Of a stretch of DNA of 64,000 nt, positions 1-10,741 are shown in pieces. A program made the position numbers and the translations under genes. The stretch is from a virus (lineage: Duplodnaviria; Caudoviricetes), in the IMG/VR virus record IMGVR_UViG_3300027608_000010, one strand, 5' to 3'. The notes under the pieces were generated by a model. That model did not search any database and was not told where the DNA came from. It was given only the letters and a program-made list of their open reading frames with translations. Numbering within the stretch: the first letter of the stretch is position 1; every line of letters begins with the position of its first letter.

Positions 1-3000
1 CAAGTTCTTCCTAATCCAGGACTTCCTAAATTATTACAAATTGGTATTGGATCTAGACCTAACCAAACAATGTTCATCGACAGAAGTACTGCATTAAAAA
101 ATTATTTACAGTATGCTAATAGAGTATTGAAAAACTATCCAATAAGTGAACTACCTAACTTGAATTTTTTAAGTTTAGCTGGTGAAGATTATGATACAAC
201 TTTGTTTTGGGACTACGTATATTGGTGGGCTGACGGTTACTCAGATAATGTTAAGACTATATTTGAGGTTGATGCTTACTATGACTTAGTAAAAGAGACG
301 GTAAAAGAGGGCACAATCGTAGGTGTTTCTAAAAATAGTCAAGGTAAACGTGAAGTCTATAAATTTACTTCAGGTGTTTGGGAACGTATTGGAGTTGAGG
401 ATGGAACGATTGAATTCTCATCTAAGTTATGGAATCCTGTCGGTGATAATATTGGATACGGAGATGATTTCTTTGATGTATCATCGTTTGATGCATATCC
501 TGCAGTTGAAACAAAAAATATAATACGAGCATTAAATGAGCAGATTTATACAGGTGAACTTGCTGAACATAGAAATAAAAGTCTAATATTAATGTTTGAA
601 TACATTCAAAGTGAAAATGTTAACTCTAACAATTATCTACCTTGGTTAACTAAAACTAGTTTAGCTGATGTTAGTTATAAAATACGAGAATTAAAACCAT
701 ACCAAAAATACCAAAATGAAAATACTAATTTGTTAGAAGGGTTTATTAACGAGATAAAACCATATCATACCGTATTAAAAGAATTCTACTTCACATATTC
801 AGGAACTGAATCTTATGAAATGAGTATGACTGACTTTGACTTACCTGCAACATTTAGTTCCTTCACTTCTAGATATGAGTCACCTAAACTAAAATATGTT
901 AATGTTAACACAGAAGCAGATATAGTATCTACGGACACTATTTGGTCAACAAACACTGAATATAATTTATGGTATAATAATTTTGGATTAGAATTAGAGT
1001 CTAAAGAAAATCAACAAATTGGTGTAGTTAGTAAATATTTGGGAACAACATCAACTGAAATTTTCTTAGAAAATGCTCGAGGAGTTCCGGTTACCGGACT
1101 AATTAAAATCAACGATGAATTAATTCGTTATACTCAAGTTGATAGAGAACAGAAACGTTTATATGGGTTGAGTAGAGGAGTAGACAACACTATAGTTACC
1201 GAGCATTACCCAAAGACTATAGTTTATTCTGATTCTTCTGGAGTTGTTGTTGTCTCTTCTGGTAGAGGTTATGTTGACCCTCCCATAGTTAAAGCATATA
1301 TTGATACTTCAAAATATCCAGCACCTAGAAAAGAAGCAGTATTGCGCTCAGTGCTAGTTGATGATAAGGTGGTTGAGGTTCAAATCATTGATCCGGGTGA
1401 TGGGTACGTAGTAACCCCAGAGATAATATTTGATCCAGCCTTTTCAATTACATTTGACGGCACGCAACTAAACTATCAGTCTAATTTGTTAGTGATAGAA
1501 TCAGATGATTTAAGAACTGGTGATCAAATCAAGATTACATCTAATTCAAATCAATTTGAAGCAATACAACCCGGGTATTATTATGCAAGAGTGTTAGGAT
1601 TTAACACTAGATTATTGACAGCGGCTAAACCGGTCGTTTCTTTGCACTATCGATATTTGGATTCTATTTCCGGAGAATATAAAGTTGTCTTTAAGATTAA
1701 TAAATTGAATTTACCACTAAGCTATACTCTTGCTATGGTACCTAAAGTGGTTGTTAAAACTAAAAATTCAAAATCTCGACAACTTAATTCTAAATTAAGA
1801 TTTGATAGAACAAGTTATAATTCATTTATTGTACCTTGGGAATCAGGAATCTTTTGGCCAAGTAGTTTTAATAGTTTGGGTAATGATGCAAGCTCAAACG
1901 TTCCAATTAGTGTCAGCACAGAATATAAATTTGATCAAACTTTAGCAATACTTGATGGGACAATTTCAGTTGCCAGTAGTACTGGGGAGGGTTTCAAATT
2001 CAGTGTATTCAATCAAAAAGCATATGGAACTTATTATGTGACTATAACTTCCCCCGGTGTTGCATTCAGAGTCGGAGACACTATTACCATTACCGGTGAT
2101 TATTTAGGAGGTGAAACTCCTGAAAACGATATTGTAATTACTGTAACAGAATTGACAACCGGCGGAGTTAGTAGTCCGATAAATAAAGTATCATTTGTTG
2201 GTACTCCTTTTGTCTCGTCTACAATTGATGTAAATGAAGAAAATATTCAAGATGTTGTGCTTACCGCTAGTTTACAAGGTGCAGTAATACCTATAGTTAG
2301 TGCCAGTGCAGATTCAGATGAGACTACTATCATTCAAGTTAACTATTTACCAAGCACATTGAGACCCGGACAGCTTAAAGGATTAAAAGCATATTTTTAT
2401 AGAAATTTAGCACCTTATACATATAATGATACCGGTGCAAACTTTAAAGCAACGGTTGCAATTGGTAGTACATCAACTTTCACAGGCACGATTTCAGGAA
2501 CAACACTAACAGTAACAACAGGTCCTGTAGGTACTGGAATTTCAATAGGTGACATTTTAACTGGTGGCTCAATTGCATCTGATATCTATATTGTTAGAAA
2601 CTTAACCGGTACTAGCACAAGTACAAATAGTTCATGGACTATAAATTCATCGATTACACAAGTCACTACTGTTACATTTACAGTAACTCCTGTAACAATG
2701 ACAGTCACTGAAGTCACGCACGGTAAACTAAGTGCAGGACAGACACTATATGGTACTGGAGTTACTTCAGGAACTAAAATAGCTTTACCAGTAACCGGTA
2801 CTATAGGTGGTACGGGCTCTTACAAATTAACTAAAGCACAAACAGTATCGGCTTCAACAAGCATACAAACAAATGGTGGTGCAATTCTTGAAATTCATAG
2901 ACCAAACTTTGATCCGCTAGTTCTTATTAATAGATACTATCTAAAAATAGTTGATTCAGGTTCTATTTACAAAGACGGGGATACGGTTATTATTCCGGGA

Positions 3001-6000
3001 GACCTATTAGGTGGAGTTACCGGTACTAATGATGCTGTTATTGATATTGTATTTGCTAATGACGTTACTGGAGAAATACAGGTTTCAAAAATTAACGGTC
3101 TCTCTGTTGGCTATATTGCTTCTTATTACATTTTCCCATTCTCAGCTAATGAATTGAAAGTATACTCTGATGTTAGTTTAGTAAAACCAGTACCATTCAT
3201 TAACTTCATTTATACAAGTGATGGAACAAATGATTTTGCATATTTACCTGAACCATTGCTAATTAGTGGTGGATACAAGTACGCTATAACAGCCTTAGTC
3301 TCATACAACAACAAAGTATATCGTTGTTTAGAAAGTAACAGCGATGATTATTTTGATAACGCTAAGTGGCAAGAAATTGTTATTTCTGATCGTGAGTTAA
3401 ATGCGGTCGATAGAATTTTGGGTTATTATCAACCAACAATAGATATGCCAGCAAAAGATTTAGGTCAATTGCTACTTGGAGTAACTAATCCTAATCCAAC
3501 TTATCTTGGAAATAGTTTTGCTCCGGATGAAGTCTTACCATTAGATGTTATTGTTAAAGATGATAGATTTTATCCAAGAGAAGTCAACATACATGCAATG
3601 ATACCTATTCCAATCTATGATGAAGAAAACACATTGATTAGAACTGAATACATCTCTATTGGTGAATCTGAGAAAGAATCATTATTAATGGTAAGTAGTG
3701 ATGGTCTTACATGGGGAAAAACTACGCTAGTTGATTGGTCATTTAAAAACTTACATGTAGGAGATATTGGTGTAACGGATGTTGCATTTAATGGGTTTGT
3801 ATATGTTATCACTACAACTAATGCCAAAACGTCATTACTGATAAGTTTTGATAAAGTAAATTGGGTCACTATTGGTGAACAAATATCATATGACTTTGGT
3901 GGTTTTAGTGATATTGGATACGATACAGTTGCTGTTGATAGCCCAGAAACTCCACTAAATGCAATCACATCTGTGGGTGAGAAATTTTTTGCATGCGGTA
4001 TGTATCAAATTGTTAAGAGTGATGACGGTATATTATGGGAAAGCGTATACACTAACACTAGTAGATTATATCAAAATCTTAATGATATACGATATATTGA
4101 ATCTAAAAACTTTGAAGGATATATCGCTGTTGGTATAGGAAATAGAGTAACATCCGGTAATGAAACTGCGGCTCCTGTAGTAGAGAGTTATGGAAAAGTA
4201 ATGTACAGTATTACCGGTAATGAATGGGTCGAAAGTTTTGTGTATTTTACTAATTATGAACTATATGCCATAACTGCATCAGATGTATTAATTGTAGTTG
4301 TGGGAGATAACGGAGAAATTTGGAATAGTTTAAATGCTTCTAACTGGGGGAAAATTTCTCCATTAAATTATCTAGGAAATCCAATAACTACGTCACTACG
4401 AGATGTAATCTATGCTAATGAGATTTTTATTGCTGTAGGTAACAATGGTGTGATACTTAGATCCACTGATGGTTATACTTGGACTGATCAAAATTATCCG
4501 GTACATTTCACAAATGATTTGTGGAATATTTCTTATGATGGCACATACTTCTTTATTGTAGGAAACAATGGTGCAATGTTCCGTAGTGTTAACGGATTAT
4601 TCTGGACAGATATTAGTAATATTACTGTTGAAGAACCGTTGTATAGTATTAAAGGTAGTGACTTCTTAACTGGTTATGGTCCTGAAGAGATGGTTCCTGG
4701 AGTAGTTAGTGACCATATGTATATGCGTGTTCTTACTAGACCAGGCGGATGGTGGGATAATGATACAATATCACAAGAAAAGATTTACGGGTATACTGGT
4801 TTCAACCTGGTATCTAAAATTGATAGTAGCGGAATTACTCTCATAAGTTTTGCAGACATGGTTAAGAACCCTGCTCAATTAGCAGTATTCAGTATTGATA
4901 ATACTACGTTAATGGGTCCTCGTCTTTATGAAGGGATTGATTACCTTGTAAATTGGGTTACTAAACAAATTTCTTTGCTTTATGCTGGTAATTCAGTATT
5001 GATTGAAGTATATGAGATTGGTAATGGAAATCAATTAGCAAGAGGCACAACTGATCATGTTCCTATATATACTAATTCAATTACCGGCATGAGTGAAATT
5101 AGATTAGATTGTCAATATATCTTATTAGAAACTCCAATAGTATATCACAATGGTTCTAGATTGGAATATATTACTGACTATGTAGTAGAGTTAAGTGAAA
5201 ACAACTTGATGGCAATAATTTTTGAAAATGAATATGATGCTACTGTTGATTTTATTTCATATGCGGTATTAGCTGATAGTACTTACACAACTGATTATAA
5301 TACTGAAGATCATTTTGGTTATAGTATACCCGAGACAGAAGTTTTTGAATATACAACATCAACTACATTCACGTTATCTAACGATTTGTATTATCTTGGC
5401 GCACTGTTGGGCGGTCCAACTGTTGCCACTGATAATGAAAATAATGCAATCGTTGAATTAAATGGATTGAGATTAAATCCTGCAGATTATACAATTGATG
5501 CAGTAGCAGGTACAGTTATTATACCTAGTGCAACCTCAGGTGATATTATTGCGGTCACTTCTTACCATGACACAAAACGTCAATATTTAAATACTGATAT
5601 CTCGACTTCTATAAAAACATATGCAGTATATAATGTAGATACAACTTCATATAATAAAGTTAATATAGTGTTTGAAAATATTACTGGTCTTGTTTCCGGC
5701 GATTTAGTTGTACTAGATGGATTCTTGGGTTCTACTCAACTCAATAATGTTCAAGTTTATGTCAAAGCAGAAACACCGTTTGTAGAAGATACTATAACTT
5801 ATTATCCGTTTAGCTTGTATTTTGAATCAACCTTCTTGACAGCAATCAGAAGTGAGTTGGTAACTAAATATGTAGGTAGAGGGTTTGCAACAAAAGTTAG
5901 TGATCTGATAGACATAACAGTAAGTTTTGTTAATTTAATTTCAACCAGTGAAAATTTTTATGTTGTTCCTACTGATGAAAATAGAACATGGGTGACAGTT

Positions 6001-6579
6001 AATGGAAATAGACTGTCTTCTGATCAAATAAGATTTATTCCAGGTGAGAATGCAACTAAATTGAATCTGCTCGTTGAAGTTAACTTAGGTGATGTGGTAA
6101 TAGCGACTACAATGGTCCCTGGAGCTACACCAAATAGCAACTCTTATATTTTAAATGTAAATAAGCATAAAGAAGCATCTGTTAATCAATCTGAAATAAA
6201 ACAGAGTACTTGGATAGTACCAGCAGTAAGACCTGCAGGCGGTAGCCCTGATTTCCTTGTATCTGACGATGTAATCTACTTGAACAATGTTTCAAATGTA
6301 GTATATGAAGATACTAAAATTCTAGAAATTAACGGGGAGAAGATACGCTTCACTACAGTAGATTTTGAAGCAAATACTGTTTCCGGCTTAACTAGGGGAA
6401 TTGAAGGAACTGGACAAAAACTAATTCATAAAGTAAACGATATTGTATTCTCTATATCTAAGGCAACGACCTTGGTAAACGAACAATATAACAAACTTTG
6501 GTATAATAAGCAATCCGGTGATCCTATCCAACTTAGTGATACTGTTGCTACTAGGTTCTTAAATATTGGGCTAGAATAA
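1..6579 (+). CDS. Giant virion structural protein (baseplate wedge / tail-associated), 5'-truncated by the window
   Basis: Frame 1 is open from base 1 (QVLPNPGLPK...), so the gene starts upstream of the window. It has Thr/Gly-rich fibre-like segments and BNR/propeller-like repeats (VGNNGVILRSTDGYTWT) and sits among tail genes. Confidence 0.7.
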   Translation, partial: QVLPNPGLPKLLQIGIGSRPNQTMFIDRSTALKNYLQYANRVLKNYPISELPNLNFLSLAGEDYDTTLFWDYVYWWADGYSDNVKTIFEVDAYYDLVKETVKEGTIVGVSKNSQGKREVYKFTSGVWERIGVEDGTIEFSSKLWNPVGDNIGYGDDFFDVSSFDAYPAVETKNIIRALNEQIYTGELAEHRNKSLILMFEYIQSENVNSNNYLPWLTKTSLADVSYKIRELKPYQKYQNENTNLLEGFINEIKPYHTVLKEFYFTYSGTESYEMSMTDFDLPATFSSFTSRYESPKLKYVNVNTEADIVSTDTIWSTNTEYNLWYNNFGLELESKENQQIGVVSKYLGTTSTEIFLENARGVPVTGLIKINDELIRYTQVDREQKRLYGLSRGVDNTIVTEHYPKTIVYSDSSGVVVVSSGRGYVDPPIVKAYIDTSKYPAPRKEAVLRSVLVDDKVVEVQIIDPGDGYVVTPEIIFDPAFSITFDGTQLNYQSNLLVIESDDLRTGDQIKITSNSNQFEAIQPGYYYARVLGFNTRLLTAAKPVVSLHYRYLDSISGEYKVVFKINKLNLPLSYTLAMVPKVVVKTKNSKSRQLNSKLRFDRTSYNSFIVPWESGIFWPSSFNSLGNDASSNVPISVSTEYKFDQTLAILDGTISVASSTGEGFKFSVFNQKAYGTYYVTITSPGVAFRVGDTITITGDYLGGETPENDIVITVTELTTGGVSSPINKVSFVGTPFVSSTIDVNEENIQDVVLTASLQGAVIPIVSASADSDETTIIQVNYLPSTLRPGQLKGLKAYFYRNLAPYTYNDTGANFKATVAIGSTSTFTGTISGTTLTVTTGPVGTGISIGDILTGGSIASDIYIVRNLTGTSTSTNSSWTINSSITQVTTVTFTVTPVTMTVTEVTHGKLSAGQTLYGTGVTSGTKIALPVTGTIGGTGSYKLTKAQTVSASTSIQTNGGAILEIHRPNFDPLVLINRYYLKIVDSGSIYKDGDTVIIPGDLLGGVTGTNDAVIDIVFANDVTGEIQVSKINGLSVGYIASYYIFPFSANELKVYSDVSLVKPVPFINFIYTSDGTNDFAYLPEPLLISGGYKYAITALVSYNNKVYRCLESNSDDYFDNAKWQEIVISDRELNAVDRILGYYQPTIDMPAKDLGQLLLGVTNPNPTYLGNSFAPDEVLPLDVIVKDDRFYPREVNIHAMIPIPIYDEENTLIRTEYISIGESEKESLLMVSSDGLTWGKTTLVDWSFKNLHVGDIGVTDVAFNGFVYVITTTNAKTSLLISFDKVNWVTIGEQISYDFGGFSDIGYDTVAVDSPETPLNAITSVGEKFFACGMYQIVKSDDGILWESVYTNTSRLYQNLNDIRYIESKNFEGYIAVGIGNRVTSGNETAAPVVESYGKVMYSITGNEWVESFVYFTNYELYAITASDVLIVVVGDNGEIWNSLNASNWGKISPLNYLGNPITTSLRDVIYANEIFIAVGNNGVILRSTDGYTWTDQNYPVHFTNDLWNISYDGTYFFIVGNNGAMFRSVNGLFWTDISNITVEEPLYSIKGSDFLTGYGPEEMVPGVVSDHMYMRVLTRPGGWWDNDTISQEKIYGYTGFNLVSKIDSSGITLISFADMVKNPAQLAVFSIDNTTLMGPRLYEGIDYLVNWVTKQISLLYAGNSVLIEVYEIGNGNQLARGTTDHVPIYTNSITGMSEIRLDCQYILLETPIVYHNGSRLEYITDYVVELSENNLMAIIFENEYDATVDFISYAVLADSTYTTDYNTEDHFGYSIPETEVFEYTTSTTFTLSNDLYYLGALLGGPTVATDNENNAIVELNGLRLNPADYTIDAVAGTVIIPSATSGDIIAVTSYHDTKRQYLNTDISTSIKTYAVYNVDTTSYNKVNIVFENITGLVSGDLVVLDGFLGSTQLNNVQVYVKAETPFVEDTITYYPFSLYFESTFLTAIRSELVTKYVGRGFATKVSDLIDITVSFVNLISTSENFYVVPTDENRTWVTVNGNRLSSDQIRFIPGENATKLNLLVEVNLGDVVIATTMVPGATPNSNSYILNVNKHKEASVNQSEIKQSTWIVPAVRPAGGSPDFLVSDDVIYLNNVSNVVYEDTKILEINGEKIRFTTVDFEANTVSGLTRGIEGTGQKLIHKVNDIVFSISKATTLVNEQYNKLWYNKQSGDPIQLSDTVATRFLNIGLE

Positions 6580-6582
6580 TAG

Positions 6583-6589
6583 ATAAATA
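6583..6589 (+). promoter_or_regulatory. T4-type late promoter (ATAAATA)
   Basis: ATAAATA lies immediately upstream of ATG 6591 and resembles the T4 late consensus TATAAATA. Confidence 0.6.
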
Positions 6590-6590
6590 A

Positions 6591-6755
6591 ATGATTATGA
6601 ATGAAAAACCCATTGATGTAGAGCAACCCAAACACCAAGATTCTACCCCAGGTCCGACTCCGGATGAACAGGGAGGGTTTGTTTTTAGTTCAGTTATTAA
6701 GATTTCCGATCCTAATACAAAAGAGATTCTATTACACATGCGAGGCGACGATTAA
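6591..6755 (+). CDS. Small 54-aa virion-region protein (not in ORF track)
   Basis: MIMNEKPIDVEQPKHQDSTPGPTPDEQGGFVFSSVIKISDPNTKEILLHMRGDD*. Late promoter upstream, and its TAA overlaps the next ATG (TAATG). Confidence 0.7.
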   Translation: MIMNEKPIDVEQPKHQDSTPGPTPDEQGGFVFSSVIKISDPNTKEILLHMRGDD

Positions 6756-7375
6756 TGTCACAAGTAACAATTCCAATTCAAATCGAGGGCTTTTTGAAAG
6801 TATTCGACCCCAACAATGGGGAAGTTTTCTATGATGGTCATAATGCTATCCACTATGAAAATATTAGTGTAGCTATTGCCGATACTCTAAGTAGTCGAGG
6901 ATATGGGAGCATTTTAAAGATGGCGTTTGGTAACGGTGGGGCCAGTGTCGATGAGACCGGAGTTATCACATATTTACCAACCAATACTACAGGACAGAAT
7001 GCTTCTTTATATAGTCAAACATATGTAAAAATCATAGATGACACTAGTGTGCTTAACACAGATACTAGTAGAAATAAGATGACAGTTAGTCACCCTACTG
7101 GTAAAGTATATTCTGATATTATTATAGAATGTATTTTGGATTACGGGGAGCCAGCAGGGCAGTTAGCATTTGACAATGGTACGAGAAATCAGTCAGCATA
7201 CGTGTTTGATGAAATTGGTCTAATTGCAGACTACGGAAGTGATGCTAACGGTAATGAACTTACAAAATTACTTACCCATGTTATATTTCACCCGGTTCAA
7301 AAGAGTTTAAATAGGCAAATTCAGATTGACTATACAATCCGAATTCAAAGTTTGACCAACTTAATCACGGTTTAA
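6755..7375 (+). CDS. Baseplate/tail structural protein (putative)
   Basis: 206 aa, with a 'FDEIGL...LLTHVIFHPVQKS' C-terminal signature like phage tail-collar/baseplate proteins. Structural gene context. Confidence 0.5.
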   Translation: MSQVTIPIQIEGFLKVFDPNNGEVFYDGHNAIHYENISVAIADTLSSRGYGSILKMAFGNGGASVDETGVITYLPTNTTGQNASLYSQTYVKIIDDTSVLNTDTSRNKMTVSHPTGKVYSDIIIECILDYGEPAGQLAFDNGTRNQSAYVFDEIGLIADYGSDANGNELTKLLTHVIFHPVQKSLNRQIQIDYTIRIQSLTNLITV

Positions 7376-7377
7376 AG

Positions 7378-7384
7378 ATAAATA
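7378..7384 (+). promoter_or_regulatory. T4-type late promoter (ATAAATA)
   Basis: ATAAATA upstream of GGAG RBS and ATG 7410. Confidence 0.6.
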
Positions 7385-7409
7385 CTACAATATTGCGGAG
7401 TAAAACAGA

Positions 7410-8630
7410 ATGGCATATCAAATACTAAGAACTAATGGATCAACCCTGACTACAATTCAGGATGGTACTATTAATACTACTAGCACCTCATTACAATTAC
7501 CTGGGCGAAATAAAGCAGGTTATGGTCAGGCATTGAATCAAAACTTTGTCAGAATCGTTGAGAACTTTGCTAGTGAAAATCCTCCCCCAAATCCTATTAA
7601 GGGACAACTTTGGTATGACACTGGTGCGGGAACATTGAATGTCTGTCCATATGACGGATTAACTAGCAAAACTTCTTGGAATACATTAGCAAGTACTGCT
7701 GGAGGCGGTGGTGGTGTAACAATTGGATCGCTGAACGTTACTGGAGATGCCGCTGTTAATGGTAATCTTACAGTTGATGGCGATATAGTTAGTGACACAT
7801 TAACTACCAGGTTAATCGATGTATCAGATACGATTACCACAGTTACCATTAATGCAACAAGTGGGACAATCAATGGTCTAAATACGCAAACAATTACTAC
7901 CGGCTCAGCGGCAACACCAGGAACAATGACCGGTACTTGGGCAGTAGTCGGGCCAACAACCGGCAACGTAATGACACTTACCGGTAATCTACGCTTTGCA
8001 GCTAGCACATATGGTGTAAGGTCAGATAACTACATGTATGCAAATGGTGCATCATTCACACCTACTGGTACATATTCTGATTCTAATGTTTCTGCATATC
8101 TAACTGATACTAATGTAAGTGGATTTAAGGGTAACATTGCCCCAACTAAAGTCACTACAAGTTATTTAGGTGCTCCTGGTAGTGGTGGCACTGTTCAAGG
8201 TATTTGGACTCTATCAGCTAATGCAAGATTTGAAGCTACATACGCTGACTTGGCTGAAAGATTTGAAGCAGATGCTGAATATGATCCTGGCACAGTTGTT
8301 GAACTTGGTGGAGAGAAAGAAGTCACTGCTGTAATAGATGATCTAAGCGATACTGTATTCGGTGTTGTAAGTAACACAGCGGCTTATTTAATGAATAGTC
8401 AAAAAGGATACACAGACAAAACACATCCTCCTATCGCAATTGGCGGTCGGGTCCAAGTTAAAATTAAAGGTCAAGTTAAAAAGGGTGATAGATTGGTTAG
8501 TGCTGGAAATGGATATGCTAGAGCCGCAACTAAAGAAGAATTAACTGCATTTAATACTATAGGTCGTTCGCTAGGTGATAAATTAGATGATACAGATGGA
8601 ACTATCGAAGCTATAGTGATGTTGAAATAA
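7410..8630 (+). CDS. Tail fibre/spike-like protein with C-terminal intramolecular-chaperone-like domain
   Basis: Gly/Thr-rich body, with a C-terminal 'YADLAERFEADAEYDPGTVVELGG' motif typical of autocleaving chaperone domains of phage fibres. Confidence 0.6.
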   Translation: MAYQILRTNGSTLTTIQDGTINTTSTSLQLPGRNKAGYGQALNQNFVRIVENFASENPPPNPIKGQLWYDTGAGTLNVCPYDGLTSKTSWNTLASTAGGGGGVTIGSLNVTGDAAVNGNLTVDGDIVSDTLTTRLIDVSDTITTVTINATSGTINGLNTQTITTGSAATPGTMTGTWAVVGPTTGNVMTLTGNLRFAASTYGVRSDNYMYANGASFTPTGTYSDSNVSAYLTDTNVSGFKGNIAPTKVTTSYLGAPGSGGTVQGIWTLSANARFEATYADLAERFEADAEYDPGTVVELGGEKEVTAVIDDLSDTVFGVVSNTAAYLMNSQKGYTDKTHPPIAIGGRVQVKIKGQVKKGDRLVSAGNGYARAATKEELTAFNTIGRSLGDKLDDTDGTIEAIVMLK

Positions 8631-8642
8631 GAAGGAATTATA

Positions 8643-9599
8643 ATGGCATACCAAAAAGGCGGCAAAATTCAAGCAGAGGATCTCAATACTCTGATTAATA
8701 ATGTTAATTCAGTACTAGGTGATTTAGGTCAAACCACACTTGGTACGGTAACACAGTATTCTAAAATGACATTTGGTCAATGGAAAGCAGTTCTTGACTC
8801 CATGTCAAATCTTGGTAATCAACAAGGAACTGTACTTTCTAGTATTGCTACTCCTTTAACCGGGCAAGCAAGTTCATATGTTGCGGCTCTTATTACTAAT
8901 AAAAATGCGATTGAATCAAACAGAAGAAATGCAGCCGCACTAGGTACATTTGTATATAATGGAACCGAAGTTACAGCTGGATGGAGTAACTTTGTAAAAT
9001 TTACACAAAGTATAGCTTTTACTAACCAAGCAGCGGCAATTAATTATTTTAATGCAGGTGGTCAAATAGGTTTACAATTCGTACATCCAGCATCCGGTAC
9101 AGGTATTGACGGTGTTTTTAATGGATTGGCTACAAACTGCGGAACAGTCGTAATGAGTGGACAGAATACAGGCACACGATCAATTGCCGGAACAACATAT
9201 AATGGTATTACTAAAATTCCCCCCTCATTACCAGCACCCGGCAATTCTCCAACTATTGGTACTAATTTAGGATATGCTGGATTAACAACTGTTGGTCAAT
9301 CATTGTTCAAACAAATTGGTGCAACTTACGTTAATCCATCATTCGGTGGCGGAACATATAGTCAAAACTTTATTGAGGTTGTTGCCTACACCACTAATAA
9401 TGGTGCAACAGTTAATTTTGAGACTACGTGGGATGAAATTCCCAATGGATTGTTAACTGGAGCAGGATCTTATACCGGACCTGACGCAGTTAATAGGTCT
9501 AGAACAACGACATATATTGTTCAACGCCCGCCATCAACAACTTATATTACTAAGTCTTGGGGAACGTTAGTGTTTACTGGTACTGTTACTGGATCATAA
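8643..9599 (+). CDS. Virion structural protein (putative)
   Basis: 318 aa, Gly/Thr/Asn-rich, AAGGA RBS, tail gene context. Confidence 0.5.
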   Translation: MAYQKGGKIQAEDLNTLINNVNSVLGDLGQTTLGTVTQYSKMTFGQWKAVLDSMSNLGNQQGTVLSSIATPLTGQASSYVAALITNKNAIESNRRNAAALGTFVYNGTEVTAGWSNFVKFTQSIAFTNQAAAINYFNAGGQIGLQFVHPASGTGIDGVFNGLATNCGTVVMSGQNTGTRSIAGTTYNGITKIPPSLPAPGNSPTIGTNLGYAGLTTVGQSLFKQIGATYVNPSFGGGTYSQNFIEVVAYTTNNGATVNFETTWDEIPNGLLTGAGSYTGPDAVNRSRTTTYIVQRPPSTTYITKSWGTLVFTGTVTGS

Positions 9600-9635
9600 A
9601 ATTCTATAGCATTATGTGTATCCAGTAAATACTGC

Positions 9636-9941
9636 ATGGACACAAAAGAATTAATCAAAGAAGCCAAAGCTAGATTTAGCCACAATTCAACTAAGGCTTA
9701 TCTAAAAAGCAAATATCAAAGTAAACTTATAGTAGCCGATCAAGGTGGACTATGGACAGCTACACCAAGTCTAATAGCATTTTTATCTTCTACACAAGAT
9801 AATAATACAGTGTTATTAGATTCATACGACAACCCAGTCAAAGTAGATACAACCAAACTATTAATCAAGTTAAAAGAAACATATCGTGTTACTATGGAAG
9901 AATGGTATGCTGAGTTCTCAACATTAGAGAAGACTAGATGA
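9636..9941 (+). CDS. Hypothetical protein
   Basis: 101-aa ORF behind a GTAAATA late-like motif (9625-9631), with ATGA overlap to the next gene. Confidence 0.6.
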   Translation: MDTKELIKEAKARFSHNSTKAYLKSKYQSKLIVADQGGLWTATPSLIAFLSSTQDNNTVLLDSYDNPVKVDTTKLLIKLKETYRVTMEEWYAEFSTLEKTR

Positions 9942-10741
9942 GTAAGGGTGTATTACTATTTGCATTCAATAATGGAACTACTGACTATTTTAAAATGGCA
10001 GTAGCCACTGCAAGCAGAGCATATCAATTCTTAAATCTACAAACTACAGTAGTAACAGACTCTAATACGATTGTAGAGAATTATTTTCATACTTTTGAGA
10101 ATGTGATAGTAGTTGACTCTGACAATAGTAATCGGGGTGTTGATAATCACATTTGGATCAACAAGGGCAGATATCAAGCATATGACCTATCTCCATATGA
10201 TGAGACACTATTATTAGATACTGACTATCTAATCAACAGTGATACCTTATTAAAACCATTTGAACTGTATGATGATTTTATGTGTCATAATACCACTGAG
10301 TTTTTAATGAAGTCTAAGGCTGAACAAGAGAAAATAAGTAAGTACTCCTTCAACACACTTTGGGCAACCGTGATTTATTTTAAGAAGACAAAGAAAACCA
10401 AACTAATATTTGATACTATGAAGATGGTTCAAGAAAACTATCAACATTATATTAATATATACAATCCTACAGTAGGATTCTTTCGCAACGATTTTGCATT
10501 GACTTTTGCATTACGCATAGTACATGGGCAGACGGAAGATATGAGAAATTACATCCCCTGGTCACTGACGCATGTTGATAAAGATGTTATGGTTGTACCA
10601 AACAAGCATCATACTTGTAATGAATCTTATACGTTATTATATGATAACCAGACCCGATATAAAGTTAAGAAAGAGTACATGATAGTAACAGATAAAGACT
10701 TTCATATGCTTAGTAAAGAAAACTTTATGGAGGTAGCATGA
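9938..10741 (+). CDS. GT-A fold (GT8-like) glycosyltransferase-like protein
   Basis: 'YDLSPYDETLLLDTDYL' DxD motif and 'RNDFALTFA'. Confidence 0.55.
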   Translation: MSKGVLLFAFNNGTTDYFKMAVATASRAYQFLNLQTTVVTDSNTIVENYFHTFENVIVVDSDNSNRGVDNHIWINKGRYQAYDLSPYDETLLLDTDYLINSDTLLKPFELYDDFMCHNTTEFLMKSKAEQEKISKYSFNTLWATVIYFKKTKKTKLIFDTMKMVQENYQHYINIYNPTVGFFRNDFALTFALRIVHGQTEDMRNYIPWSLTHVDKDVMVVPNKHHTCNESYTLLYDNQTRYKVKKEYMIVTDKDFHMLSKENFMEVA

